Source: Flavipsychrobacter sp. (lineage in GTDB: Bacteria; Bacteroidota; Bacteroidia; Chitinophagales; Chitinophagaceae). From it: DNA of 64,000 bases. Location of the stretch: contig JBGAIF010000007.1 in NCBI GenBank assembly GCA_044225795.1, forward strand, positions 130,095 through 194,094, in the 5' to 3' direction. Every line of letters begins with the position of its first letter. Within the stretch, counting starts at the first letter, position 1. Of this stretch, positions 18,679-28,429 are shown one piece after another. The position numbers and the translations under genes were made by a program. Under the pieces are notes generated by a model, which searched no databases, had not been told where the DNA came from, and worked only from the letters and a program-made list of their open reading frames with translations.

Positions 18679-21600
18679 TTACTGTTTTACCACAACCAGC
18701 TTCTGCGTTTGCACCTTACCATTCTGGGCAAAGTTTACAAAATACATACCTACAGACAGCCTGGCAATGTCCACCGGTATGGTCTGCATACCTTTCTGCA
18801 GAGCCAGTGTACCGTTACTCATTATCCTGCCTGTGATATCAGATACACTCATTTCAGCACTTCCGGCCACATCACTGCTGATCACAGCATTGCACGTCAA
18901 GCTTGCCGGATTGGGATAGATACGGAAGGTTGTATTCGCTGCCTGGGCAACACTCTTCACCTTATCTATAGGCAGGCTGCCTATGGTATTCAGCGTCTGG
19001 TTTGTTCCCGATGGTGCATAGTGGTCAAAATAAACAGAAGCCCTGTTCTTGATCTGTGTGCCTACGGCAAGACCGGTGCTGGCTTTAATACCAAATACCA
19101 CCAGTCCGTTACTCTTCACCGGCTCACTGCCGGCAGAAGGCAGGTTAATATAGTCAAACCTGAAACGAGCTACCTTCCTCAGTCCAATCTGCTCTACAGT
19201 CACAATGCAATGAGATGATGCGTATATCGGTGTGAGGGTGGTCCAGTCAAGATGATCATCCAGCGTATCTACAACTTCTACATGCTCTGCTGTATAATCA
19301 CGCATGTTCTGGAAGTGGATCATATATTCCATATCAGTCTGGTCAGCCGCGATCACTCCTGCAATACCGCTACCCTGTGGGTATACCTGTATGAAATTAG
19401 GAGCGCTTTTTGCGGCTACAGTTGTCGTGTATCCGCTTACATTATCACCGGGTGCATTATCAATGTTCCAATTAGCGATCGGAGCTACAAGGGCCACTGT
19501 ATCGCTGAATTTAAGACTTGCTCCTGAAGCAAGGTTCTGTGGCACACTATAATTCACCAAAAAACGGTAAGCATTACCCTGGTCCAGTACCGGGAAGCTG
19601 TCTACGGTCTCGTATACATTAGATCCTCCCTTGAAGTAAACATTAGGGATGAATACCGGCTGAAATACCTGGCCATCAGTTGTATGCTTTGCCAGTATGC
19701 TTGCCTCATGTGCTGTACCGTGATTGCCTACTATCGTTATCTGGCTATACTCACCACCGGCTACAGGCTGGTTGAAATCCCAGGTCCGTACATACAGATC
19801 ATGAACAGTATCAACTGTGTTAGCAAAATCAGCGTTGATGACACAGGCCGTTGCCGGTACCGAAGTAATTGCAATGTTGTTGGACTGGCACGGAGACAGG
19901 TGCAAATAGGAAGGTAACGTTTCTGCTACTGTATACGACCCTCCGGTTACCCTGTAAGAATAATGTCCGAAACTATCTGTATATGTATAGCCATTGCCGA
20001 TGTGTATCTGTACGTTCTGAATACCAGCCTCATCAGGATCCATGATACAGTTGCCGTTAGCATCGTTATATACAGTACCTGTCACAACACAAAAGCAGGC
20101 ACTTGAAGTATCGAAATCAAGCGTTGCCGAGTCAGTTACAGAGCATCCGTTCGCATCAGTCACTTTTACCCAGTACGGTATGCGCGGAGGCAGATTGATG
20201 ATTGAGCTGGTTGAGCCGCCACCTGTCCATGCATAATGATATGGAGGAGTACCCCCAAATGCAGCGGCAGTAAATGTACCATCATTCACAAAAAGACATG
20301 ATGCAGATGTCGAATACAAACCGACACCTATTCCCGAATTATCGGTCATTGCCTGTGAGAACTTAGCGGTACAACCCATAACATCAGTGATAGTTACCGT
20401 ATACATGCCGTTTCCTACACCTGTCAACTTAGAAGTAGTTGCGCCCGTACTCCACGAAAATTTGTAAGGTGCAACACCGCCAACCGGGTATACGGTCATT
20501 GATCCCGTAGCGCCCGAGCAGGATGAAGGAACCGACATAAAGCTGGCGCTGATCACATCCGTAGGATTCACCGAAGCGATTCCGTTGTAGTGACAACCTG
20601 CCGCATCTGTTACTGCATATTCATAATCTCCTTGTTTTAGGTTTATGGCAGAATTACCTGTTTGCGCAGGAGAAGTGTACCACATAGCCGCATAAGGCGG
20701 TGTACCTCCCGATATTTTCAATGTAGCAGACCCGGTGGCGCTGGTACACAAAGTTGGTGTGGTGGTGTAGCTCACAACTATCGGAGCAGGGCCACCTACA
20801 AATCCGTTGTCCATACCGATACAGCCATTAACGTCCGTAGTAGTAACCGTATAGAAACCGGGGGCGATACCGTTCTGACTCTGAGTCAGGCCTCCGTTGC
20901 TCCACTTGTAGCTGTATGGAGCAGTACCTCCCGCTCCCACTGCTGATACAGAACCATCATTGCCCAGGCAGGTAGCTCCTGTAGTCGTTACGGGCGTAGT
21001 TATCGTGATCGCCTGTGGTACATAATTACCGGTTGAGGTCACCGTACACCCCAGGGCATCCACTACCGTTACATCATAAAATCCTGTTTGCAATCCTATG
21101 ATCATAGGCGTTGTACCACCATTTGACCAGGCGTAGGTAACCGGGAACACTGCACCCGTTGTCAAAGCCGCAGTTGCTGTACCGTCTGTACAGTTCGCCG
21201 TCGTAGTTGTCATCACAACAGAATAAGTTGGGATAGAACTCAGAACCGCGAAATTGTTGTCGACCATAGAGTCGTATACACAACCAGCCGCGTCTGTTAC
21301 GGTAAGTCCGTATGTACCCGGCTGCATAGCGATCATTGTGTCGGTACTCACTACACCAAGGGTGTTCACGTTGAACCATTCGTAAGTATAAGGTGCCGTT
21401 CCGCCCGAAACCGTTACCATTGCGGTATCCGGTGTGGGGCATATTGCCGGAAATGTATTAAAACTGATATTTATCGGAGCCGCACCCGGATAGAAGTTGG
21501 TGGTCATTCCACCAAAATTATCAGACACTGATACCAGCACCGGGCCTCCCGAATAGTTGGTAAATGCATCTGCTAATCCGGCCACACCGGTATGCACTAT

Positions 21601-21783
21601 GGTCGTGCTGGTTGTGCCATAGGTGGTATATGATACTTTCAGCGGAGGCGTAACTCCCGTAAAAACCGACGTCAGTAATCCGTTGTTGTTACAAGCGGGT
21701 GTGGTCAGTGTGAACGAAATGGTCTGCGCAAAAGTGGCTGCAGGCACACATAGGAAACAGAGTACAGACAGCAGCTTCTTCAT
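18679..21783 (-). CDS. T9SS-secreted surface protein (SprB-like repeats, SdrD-B-like and Ig-like domains)
   Basis: Repeated C..DG...GGTAPY.Y.WSNG units; VTGTVYNDANGNC; YMIHFQN..VVDTLD..LDW..NRASVYFD; CTD IYPNPA...GMYFV...QKLVVVK. Confidence 0.88.
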   Translation of the reverse strand: MKKLLSVLCFLCVPAATFAQTISFTLTTPACNNNGLLTSVFTGVTPPLKVSYTTYGTTSTTIVHTGVAGLADAFTNYSGGPVLVSVSDNFGGMTTNFYPGAAPINISFNTFPAICPTPDTAMVTVSGGTAPYTYEWFNVNTLGVVSTDTMIAMQPGTYGLTVTDAAGCVYDSMVDNNFAVLSSIPTYSVVMTTTTANCTDGTATAALTTGAVFPVTYAWSNGGTTPMIIGLQTGFYDVTVVDALGCTVTSTGNYVPQAITITTPVTTTGATCLGNDGSVSAVGAGGTAPYSYKWSNGGLTQSQNGIAPGFYTVTTTDVNGCIGMDNGFVGGPAPIVVSYTTTPTLCTSATGSATLKISGGTPPYAAMWYTSPAQTGNSAINLKQGDYEYAVTDAAGCHYNGIASVNPTDVISASFMSVPSSCSGATGSMTVYPVGGVAPYKFSWSTGATTSKLTGVGNGMYTVTITDVMGCTAKFSQAMTDNSGIGVGLYSTSASCLFVNDGTFTAAAFGGTPPYHYAWTGGGSTSSIINLPPRIPYWVKVTDANGCSVTDSATLDFDTSSACFCVVTGTVYNDANGNCIMDPDEAGIQNVQIHIGNGYTYTDSFGHYSYRVTGGSYTVAETLPSYLHLSPCQSNNIAITSVPATACVINADFANTVDTVHDLYVRTWDFNQPVAGGEYSQITIVGNHGTAHEASILAKHTTDGQVFQPVFIPNVYFKGGSNVYETVDSFPVLDQGNAYRFLVNYSVPQNLASGASLKFSDTVALVAPIANWNIDNAPGDNVSGYTTTVAAKSAPNFIQVYPQGSGIAGVIAADQTDMEYMIHFQNMRDYTAEHVEVVDTLDDHLDWTTLTPIYASSHCIVTVEQIGLRKVARFRFDYINLPSAGSEPVKSNGLVVFGIKASTGLAVGTQIKNRASVYFDHYAPSGTNQTLNTIGSLPIDKVKSVAQAANTTFRIYPNPASLTCNAVISSDVAGSAEMSVSDITGRIMSNGTLALQKGMQTIPVDIARLSVGMYFVNFAQNGKVQTQKLVVVKQ

Positions 21784-22289
21784 AACGGTAAAATTTGTCA
21801 TTATAAACACTTTATTTTAAGCAATGGGCATTATTGCCGGCAGTACCGGCAGAACACACGCTACTCCCTGCGGGCGTAGACGCGCATCTTCATTTATGCG
21901 TAAATATAGACAAAAAATGGTAGGGTTGTTAGTTTTTTGACCGTTTACTATGTGGGCTCTCCGGCTTGGGCAAAGTACACCGGAGTAGCCACCTTAATTA
22001 CATCGCTGTTTGAGACCCAGTAATTAAGCTACTACCGGTCTAAAAACTTCATATCTCATTCATTTATTATAATAAATATATTTAACAATATAAAACACTG
22101 ATTATTTTTACAATGTTAATAATAAATCTATTATATTAATATAGTATTCTTTAATGATTATTATACAGTAACTTAGTAATTATTAAATTACATAAAGCAT
22201 TATGCTGAATAACTTATGTGTTTTATTAAGGTATATTTTTTCACATTTTCTTTTCATAAAAATACTGGAAGCTCCCTATCTTTACACGC

Positions 22290-23402
22290 ATGAATAATAC
22301 AGGAGATACGGATCAAATATCAGCAATCAAACCAAAGAGCATCGAAATAATCAAAGATTCAGCGGCAAGGGCAGAAAAAGACGGCAAGTTTACAAAAGCT
22401 CAGTTCACGACTATCAATGATAATAACTGGTTCAAACTTTTCACACCAACAACCAATGGCGGCAGCCAGTTATCAGCACCGGAGGCAATACAGATCATAG
22501 AGGCCATTGCAAAAGCGGATGGCAGTACAGGATGGGCTACGGCAAAGTGTACACTGGCCGGCTGGGGCATTGGCTACCTGCCAGGTGAGATCGCAGCCGA
22601 GATTGCGGGAGGTAAGGCTCTGGTCACAGGTAGTGCAGATGCCGGGGGATATGCCGAAAAAACAAAGACAGGTTATACGGTAACAGGCAAATGGCTGCAG
22701 GTAAGCAATGCCGCAGACGCGACGGCATTTGTAGTACGGTGCGTTGTTGCAAAAGGTACAGAACCGGTACGTGATGCCGACAATCGCCTGCAATACGTAT
22801 CAGTGGTTCTTGGTAAAGAAGAGGTAACGATACTGAATGCTGCTTCGGCCATGGGCCTTCAGGCCACAGGGGCTCACGATATAGAAGCTAAGAATATTAA
22901 GATCCCTGCAGCGAAGGCTTTCACCATTGCTCCGGACACAGCGAAAGCAAAGGCACGCATTTACGACTTTCCGTATATACAATTGGTAGAAGCTTTACTG
23001 GCTGCAGCGGTAGCAGGGATGACTGCCAGGTTCCTTGAGTTGTATAAAGAATCGGTGAACGGCCTGAAGACACCATCAGGTGCACTGATCGCGCAGGAAA
23101 ACATGGTGCAGGATGTACTGGAAAAACATACAGGCAAGATCGAAGATGCGCGCACAAAGCTTTTCTACGCAGTAGAGATGGCATGGGATGCATGCAATAA
23201 TCGCCGCCCGATAAAAGATACTATACTATACAAGGTCAGCTCAGGTGCACAAGACCTTACCTGGAAGGCGCGTGAATGTACAGACGCACTGTTCCCGTTC
23301 TGCGGCCTGGCAGCTACTGATAAGAACAGCGAACTGAATAGGGTTTGGCGCGATATTCATACTGCAGCGCAGGAGAGCTTGCTGGTTTTTGGCGGAATGT
23401 AA
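22290..23402 (+). CDS. Acyl-CoA dehydrogenase-fold flavin-dependent monooxygenase
   Basis: IAKADGSTGW, GYTVTGKW, MGLQATGAHD, LNRVWRDIHTAAQ. Confidence 0.85.
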   Translation: MNNTGDTDQISAIKPKSIEIIKDSAARAEKDGKFTKAQFTTINDNNWFKLFTPTTNGGSQLSAPEAIQIIEAIAKADGSTGWATAKCTLAGWGIGYLPGEIAAEIAGGKALVTGSADAGGYAEKTKTGYTVTGKWLQVSNAADATAFVVRCVVAKGTEPVRDADNRLQYVSVVLGKEEVTILNAASAMGLQATGAHDIEAKNIKIPAAKAFTIAPDTAKAKARIYDFPYIQLVEALLAAAVAGMTARFLELYKESVNGLKTPSGALIAQENMVQDVLEKHTGKIEDARTKLFYAVEMAWDACNNRRPIKDTILYKVSSGAQDLTWKARECTDALFPFCGLAATDKNSELNRVWRDIHTAAQESLLVFGGM

Positions 23403-23494
23403 CAGAAATGTTTATTTCCTGTTGATAGCTGCAAACTTATAATTTCTGGCACTGCATTTGTTGTACTAATTTTAGGAATAAAGAAGTACAACCT

Positions 23495-24205
23495 ATGACG
23501 TTGAGCGAAACATGGTTCATGGAAGGTTACATCGACTTTGAACTGCAGAAATACCGCCTTTTGGCGTATCTTAATGAGGTAAAAAGATCATTTAAGGAAA
23601 CTAAACTGTATCCGCAGCTTGCGGATATTGTTTTTCATTATAACAACCTGGTATCATTCCGAACCAACAAGAAGCTACTCAACGATCAGTTCCCGAAAAA
23701 GATGGAGCGCATTAACCTCAGTAAAATGGAGGTGGTCTACGAACACATTCTTGCCGATAGCGAACTGATGCAGGAACTGGAACACATAACTCAGTTTGCA
23801 GTAGATGAAATGAAGTTGGCAATCTCTGAAGGAGCCGGGATATACGATTTTGTTGAAAAGAAGCTGGAGATCGATCCCGTAGGAATTGTCCCTCTGTACA
23901 AGAACGAAGGCTACGTATTTCTCAGGTATGGAAACTTGCAGGAGGTGCGGATCTATGTGTACACAGTAACATTCTTTGAACATAAGGACGCAAAATACAA
24001 GGGCATTAAGATGGAGTATATTGACTCCCGGGTTAAGAACCTCGCCAATACTTATGAACAGATCAAGATCGACATCATTCGTTCGTTCAGGTCGCTGCCC
24101 AACCCGGCCGTTTACAAGGTAGAGTTCCCGCTGTCAGTCCCGTTCCATGAAACACTGTTGCCGGTAACGAAAAGGGTACTGATGCGCCACATTGGCGAAG
24201 CCTGA
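23495..24205 (+). CDS. Hypothetical protein
   Basis: 236-aa ORF filling the gap between genes (IDFELQKYRLLAY, LYPQLAD, PVGIVPLYKNEGY); no family recognised. Confidence 0.75.
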   Translation: MTLSETWFMEGYIDFELQKYRLLAYLNEVKRSFKETKLYPQLADIVFHYNNLVSFRTNKKLLNDQFPKKMERINLSKMEVVYEHILADSELMQELEHITQFAVDEMKLAISEGAGIYDFVEKKLEIDPVGIVPLYKNEGYVFLRYGNLQEVRIYVYTVTFFEHKDAKYKGIKMEYIDSRVKNLANTYEQIKIDIIRSFRSLPNPAVYKVEFPLSVPFHETLLPVTKRVLMRHIGEA

Positions 24206-24207
24206 TA

Positions 24208-24612
24208 CTATTTGACCTTGACGAAGAAGTAGGAAAATCCGTCAACAACATCTTCTGATATGACCATCGTATCAGAATAATGGGTCAGAACACTTTCTAT
24301 ACTTACGTTGTCTATGGTCAGAATATCGGACAGTGCACCCGAGTTGGCAGATGTTTTCTTATCCACTCTGTATGTGGTATTCGTCACATTCGAATTGTCG
24401 GTGATGACCAGCTTCTTATCATCAATAAAATTATAGTTCAGGTGCCGGCCCGTGGAGGCAGGGGTTTCCGTGAGTCCGGCTATACCGCCTCTTGACATTA
24501 CCCAGCTCCAGTTTCCTGACCAATAGTTCGCGGAAGAACCGGTGTTGTCTTTCTTCTTGCAAGATGCGGCAGGCAGCGTCAGCACCAGTAAAAACAGTAT
24601 TATGGGTCTCAT
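24208..24612 (-). CDS. Lipocalin-like lipoprotein
   Basis: Lipobox AASC; GNWSWVMSRGGIAG; DVVDGFSYFF. Confidence 0.7.
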   Translation of the reverse strand: MRPIILFLLVLTLPAASCKKKDNTGSSANYWSGNWSWVMSRGGIAGLTETPASTGRHLNYNFIDDKKLVITDNSNVTNTTYRVDKKTSANSGALSDILTIDNVSIESVLTHYSDTMVISEDVVDGFSYFFVKVK

Positions 24613-24708
24613 ACAGGAGTTTTTTGAGGTTAAGGCATTCTTTTTCCCGAAAAAAAAGATTTATATTTGACGAGTACTTATTTTTAATACATAATTAAAA
24701 AAACTCGT

Positions 24709-25578
24709 ATGAGCAAAGCTACACTAACTGGAATAAGTAAACAAAACTTAATGTCGTTCTTTTCCCCGAAGGTATTAGCCGTATGCACTTTACTTGGCTT
24801 GTGTGAGCATTCGTTTGCTCAGAAAGGCTTTGACGCTGGCGGAACCACAGGGTTCCAGACATCCATGCTGATGAATAAGGAAGACAAGGCAGCGGGAGCG
24901 CAACTCAAGTCGGCTATGCGCCCGGAAGTTCCTGTAGGTGCTGAGGTTGGCTATACTTTTAGTGAGCATATCGGCGTAGGGGTTGGTTTCTCCTACTCTC
25001 GCCAGGGGCAAAGCTATACGGGTTCTTCAGTTACCACACCCGACACCAATGCTTTAAGTACCCTTTTTGCAGGCCTCGCCAAGATCAACCAGATAGATAT
25101 GAGCGGCAACTATACCGCCGATATCGCATTGGGAACTTTTAAAGTACCTGTGATGTTCCGCTATACAGGCGACAGGTCTAAAAAGGTATACTTTACAGCC
25201 TACATCGGTCCACAACTCAACTGGCTGAACTTTGTGACCTACCACGTCAACAAATTTGAGGCCCCGGTTAAGAAACTTATCGGTTCATCTACCCAGTTCT
25301 ACAACACCATGACGGTAGATGGAGTGTTAGGCATTGGTGCGGGCTTCAATATCGGCCCCAACGTGATATTAACAACCACAGCCCGCGCCGATTATGGCTT
25401 CCAGGATGTTGAGAAGAAAGATGTCATGTTTGCTTTTGAAGGCGGAGGCGCTAACAGGCTTTACTCTATGGGCCGCAGCAAGACCAACAATATGACTGCC
25501 GGCGTGCAGGTAGGTATCAGTTATATTTTCAAATGCAAAGAAAAAGAAGAACTGAAAACAACCGCAAAAAAGAAGTAA
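24709..25578 (+). CDS. Outer-membrane beta-barrel protein (PorT-like)
   Basis: Signal ending SFA-Q; amphipathic strands, YSRQGQ, KVPVMFRY, terminal strand AGVQVGISYIF; true start may be ATG 24751. Confidence 0.75.
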   Translation: MSKATLTGISKQNLMSFFSPKVLAVCTLLGLCEHSFAQKGFDAGGTTGFQTSMLMNKEDKAAGAQLKSAMRPEVPVGAEVGYTFSEHIGVGVGFSYSRQGQSYTGSSVTTPDTNALSTLFAGLAKINQIDMSGNYTADIALGTFKVPVMFRYTGDRSKKVYFTAYIGPQLNWLNFVTYHVNKFEAPVKKLIGSSTQFYNTMTVDGVLGIGAGFNIGPNVILTTTARADYGFQDVEKKDVMFAFEGGGANRLYSMGRSKTNNMTAGVQVGISYIFKCKEKEELKTTAKKK

Positions 25579-25594
25579 GAAAATATTTTTGCTG

Positions 25595-25628
25595 AATAAG
25601 CCGGAGCCATGCTCCGGCTTATTTTTTT
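25595..25628 (+). terminator. Rho-independent terminator
   Basis: AATAAGCCGGAGC-CAT-GCTCCGGCTTATT followed by a T run. Confidence 0.85.
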
Positions 25629-25685
25629 GCTGGCAGCCGTGTAAATCAATACTTTTGTCCGAACCTTTCAAAAGCTTTTGGATCT

Positions 25686-26738
25686 ATGTTTCTCGACTTC
25701 AGGAATGAGGGTAACAGTACAGATATGATCGGTAAGAAACATGCACTGGTCAACGAATTGACATCTCCGTTGCAGCGCATCATGTGGATCTATAATGCCG
25801 ACGACCCCGACAAACGCACTTTTGAGAATAACATTTGTGCCTTTCACATTGGCAAAGGGTATTTCCTTACCGTAGCCCACAACCTCAGGCTCCAGGCCGG
25901 CTACTACAAATCCATATCGCAGGACATTTACAGGAAAGAGTTGCACCCAATCCTCGATGGCTCTCAGACCCGTTTTCTCGATCAACACTACTTCACCGAT
26001 GACTATACAGGCCGGAAGCACCTCAATACATCCGACCCATCTATTCTGCAACAGATATCAGCCATACTGAAACAAAAACGCTTTGATACACGATGGGTAA
26101 CACTTGCCGGGAAAAAGATCTGCCGTCCGCATTTACTGCTCCAGTTTCGTAACAACAGTTTTTTCAACGACCCTTCTCTTACACATCATTTTGCCTCACA
26201 TAACCTGATGTACGAAAAGGCTATTCAGAAATATAATTTCCTGGTTGAAGTGGAACTGGTAAAAGCATTCTATAGTGCAGATATTGCACTTTACAGGATC
26301 GTGAACACAGCACCGGAACTTGTAGAAAAGATACCGGCAGCCGACCTTAATTTTGACTTTCTCGACGATTCCACAGAAAAACTATATTGCTTGCAAAGCG
26401 CCCCGAGTGGCCCAAGTGGCCGGTTGCTGAACACAGCGACCATTGAAGGCATTCTCGATCATTTTAACCTGTTCAATGATGATATTGGCGGCAACTATAC
26501 ATTTGAGGGTTACCGTTATCTCGTAAAAGGTTATTTCCGTTTTGGCTCATCGGGCGCGCCATATTTCCTTTATGACAACGATAAGCAGAAATTTGTTGTA
26601 AATGCTGTACAAAGCGAGGCAAGCGGCATTCAGTTGTCAATAGGAAATAGTATGGACGGAAACTTTCAATACGTGAACGCCATCGTTTCTCCGTTGTCTA
26701 TCATCAGGAACGAGTTGCAACAGATCATCGGTTCCTGA
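25686..26738 (+). CDS. Trypsin-like serine protease
   Basis: Catalytic-triad motifs FLTVAHN (His), ADIALY (Asp), FGSSGAP (Ser). Confidence 0.75.
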   Translation: MFLDFRNEGNSTDMIGKKHALVNELTSPLQRIMWIYNADDPDKRTFENNICAFHIGKGYFLTVAHNLRLQAGYYKSISQDIYRKELHPILDGSQTRFLDQHYFTDDYTGRKHLNTSDPSILQQISAILKQKRFDTRWVTLAGKKICRPHLLLQFRNNSFFNDPSLTHHFASHNLMYEKAIQKYNFLVEVELVKAFYSADIALYRIVNTAPELVEKIPAADLNFDFLDDSTEKLYCLQSAPSGPSGRLLNTATIEGILDHFNLFNDDIGGNYTFEGYRYLVKGYFRFGSSGAPYFLYDNDKQKFVVNAVQSEASGIQLSIGNSMDGNFQYVNAIVSPLSIIRNELQQIIGS

Positions 26739-26752
26739 TAAGGAGATACTTA

Positions 26753-27202
26753 TCACCTTACCCGCTGCACAACGATATTTTTCCCGTTGAATGTGAATGA
26801 ATCTCCGGCCTTTAATCCCGACAGCTTCATTCCAATAGGAGACAATGCCGATATAAGGAAGTAGCGTTCGCCTCTTATCTCTGTAGTACCAGCGCTGACA
26901 GCTATGTAATAATTGCCCTGGTCTGTCTGCACAACAGATCCCGGCAATATCGTATCCTGCATACCTTCATGGGGAATTCTTTCCATAGTTTCCGACATTT
27001 TCAACAGTTCTGCCATCCGCGCCATATTCATATCTATATCCTGCTGCATCATCTCGCGCGCGGTCTCATATTTATCGCCGGCACTGCTCTTGGTCTCCCC
27101 TTCGGCGGCTTCCCGTATCTCTGCTATTTGCCGTTTTATTGTTGCTGTTTTCGTCGCAATATAACTTGCACAATAATGATATAGATCACTTTTAATGTCC
27201 AT
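26753..27202 (-). CDS. GreA/GreB-like protein
   Basis: ETKSSAGDKYETAREM coiled-coil tip; PGSVV; ISALSPIGMKLSGLKAGDSF. Confidence 0.8.
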   Translation of the reverse strand: MDIKSDLYHYCASYIATKTATIKRQIAEIREAAEGETKSSAGDKYETAREMMQQDIDMNMARMAELLKMSETMERIPHEGMQDTILPGSVVQTDQGNYYIAVSAGTTEIRGERYFLISALSPIGMKLSGLKAGDSFTFNGKNIVVQRVR

Positions 27203-27273
27203 GCTCTAAAATACCACTATTTAATGAGACCGTCCGTGGCACGGTTTTTCTGGGTCATAACAAAACTTTGGTT

Positions 27274-27855
27274 ATGACAACACAACAGCATTTACATCGG
27301 TCTTTCCTGCTTGCCGCAGCAATATTGTTCGCCGCAGCACTCAGTGCACAGGAAAATAACAGCCCCTATAGAAATGATGAATATGGTCATACACTCAATA
27401 TCGGCGTAGGACTCACATATTTCCCCTACCTGTATGGCGCGGTTCCATTCATAACAGCTAATTATGAGTTCAACGTTGCCCGCAGTTTTACATTAGCTCC
27501 GTTTGCAGGATTAGCCTCCTACCGCAGCAATCGTTTCTACGATTATCTCGGCACCCACTACTACTATCATGAGACCATCCTACCCATTGGTGTTAAAGGC
27601 ACCTATTACTTCGACCGGTTGCTTCATGCCGGTAAAGACTGGGATTTCTACCTGGCAGCATCCGCAGGCTTCGTGTACGACCGGGTGGTTTGGGACCATG
27701 GTTATGCCGGCGGTGTCACCATGGGGCGTGGCGCCAGCCCTTTGTATATTGATGGCCATATCGGTGCGGAATATCACATAGGACGAAGGACAGGGCTATT
27801 CCTCGACCTGTCAACAGGCGTATCAACATTGGGTATTGCCCTGCATCGTCTTTGA
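27274..27855 (+). CDS. Outer-membrane beta-barrel protein
   Basis: Signal ending LSA-Q; alternating hydrophobic strands (LNIGVG, NYEF, GVKGTYYF, HIGAEYH). Confidence 0.75.
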   Translation: MTTQQHLHRSFLLAAAILFAAALSAQENNSPYRNDEYGHTLNIGVGLTYFPYLYGAVPFITANYEFNVARSFTLAPFAGLASYRSNRFYDYLGTHYYYHETILPIGVKGTYYFDRLLHAGKDWDFYLAASAGFVYDRVVWDHGYAGGVTMGRGASPLYIDGHIGAEYHIGRRTGLFLDLSTGVSTLGIALHRL

Positions 27856-27943
27856 CAAGATTATGTAATATATCCATATCCTACTTTAGCTCTTTAAGTG
27901 CTGGCAACCTGTCTGTCAGCACTTTTTGATTAGTTTTGCAGCC

Positions 27944-28426
27944 ATGCGAATACTAATGGTCTGCCTCGGCAACATTTGCCGCTCACCGATAGCGGAAGGT
28001 GTCATGAGACATAAGATAAAACAGCATGGCCTCAACTGGACGGTCGAATCTGCCGGCACAGAATCTTATCACATAGGCGAGCAGCCATACCATTTCTCGC
28101 AAAAGATATGCCAGGCACACGGTATCGATATTTCATCTCAGCGGGCCAAGAAATTTACCGCAGATGCTTTTGAAGAATATGACAAGATATATGCTATGGC
28201 AGGTGATGTGTATAACGCAATAGAGCGCATTGGTGGCGGAAAGGCCGATATGCACAAGGTTGACTATTTCCTGAACGAGCTGCTTACTGATTCCGTACAT
28301 GGCAAGGGCCTGAAACCCGGTAGTTCAGTACCCGACCCCTACTATGGAAATGAAGATGGTTATACCATCGTTTATGAAATGATAGATAAAACATGCGATG
28401 CCATTGTGGCACGCTATAAGAAATAA
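27944..28426 (+). CDS. Low-molecular-weight protein-tyrosine phosphatase
   Basis: VCLGNICRSPIAEG, ESAGT, VPDPYYG; TAGTTTTG promoter motif at 27931. Confidence 0.95.
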   Translation: MRILMVCLGNICRSPIAEGVMRHKIKQHGLNWTVESAGTESYHIGEQPYHFSQKICQAHGIDISSQRAKKFTADAFEEYDKIYAMAGDVYNAIERIGGGKADMHKVDYFLNELLTDSVHGKGLKPGSSVPDPYYGNEDGYTIVYEMIDKTCDAIVARYKK

Positions 28427-28429
28427 AGT

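Noticed and set aside
22190-22205. dif-like ACATAA-AGCA-TTATGC
   Set aside because: Spacer is 4 bp rather than 6 and the outer arms do not match XerC/XerD sites.
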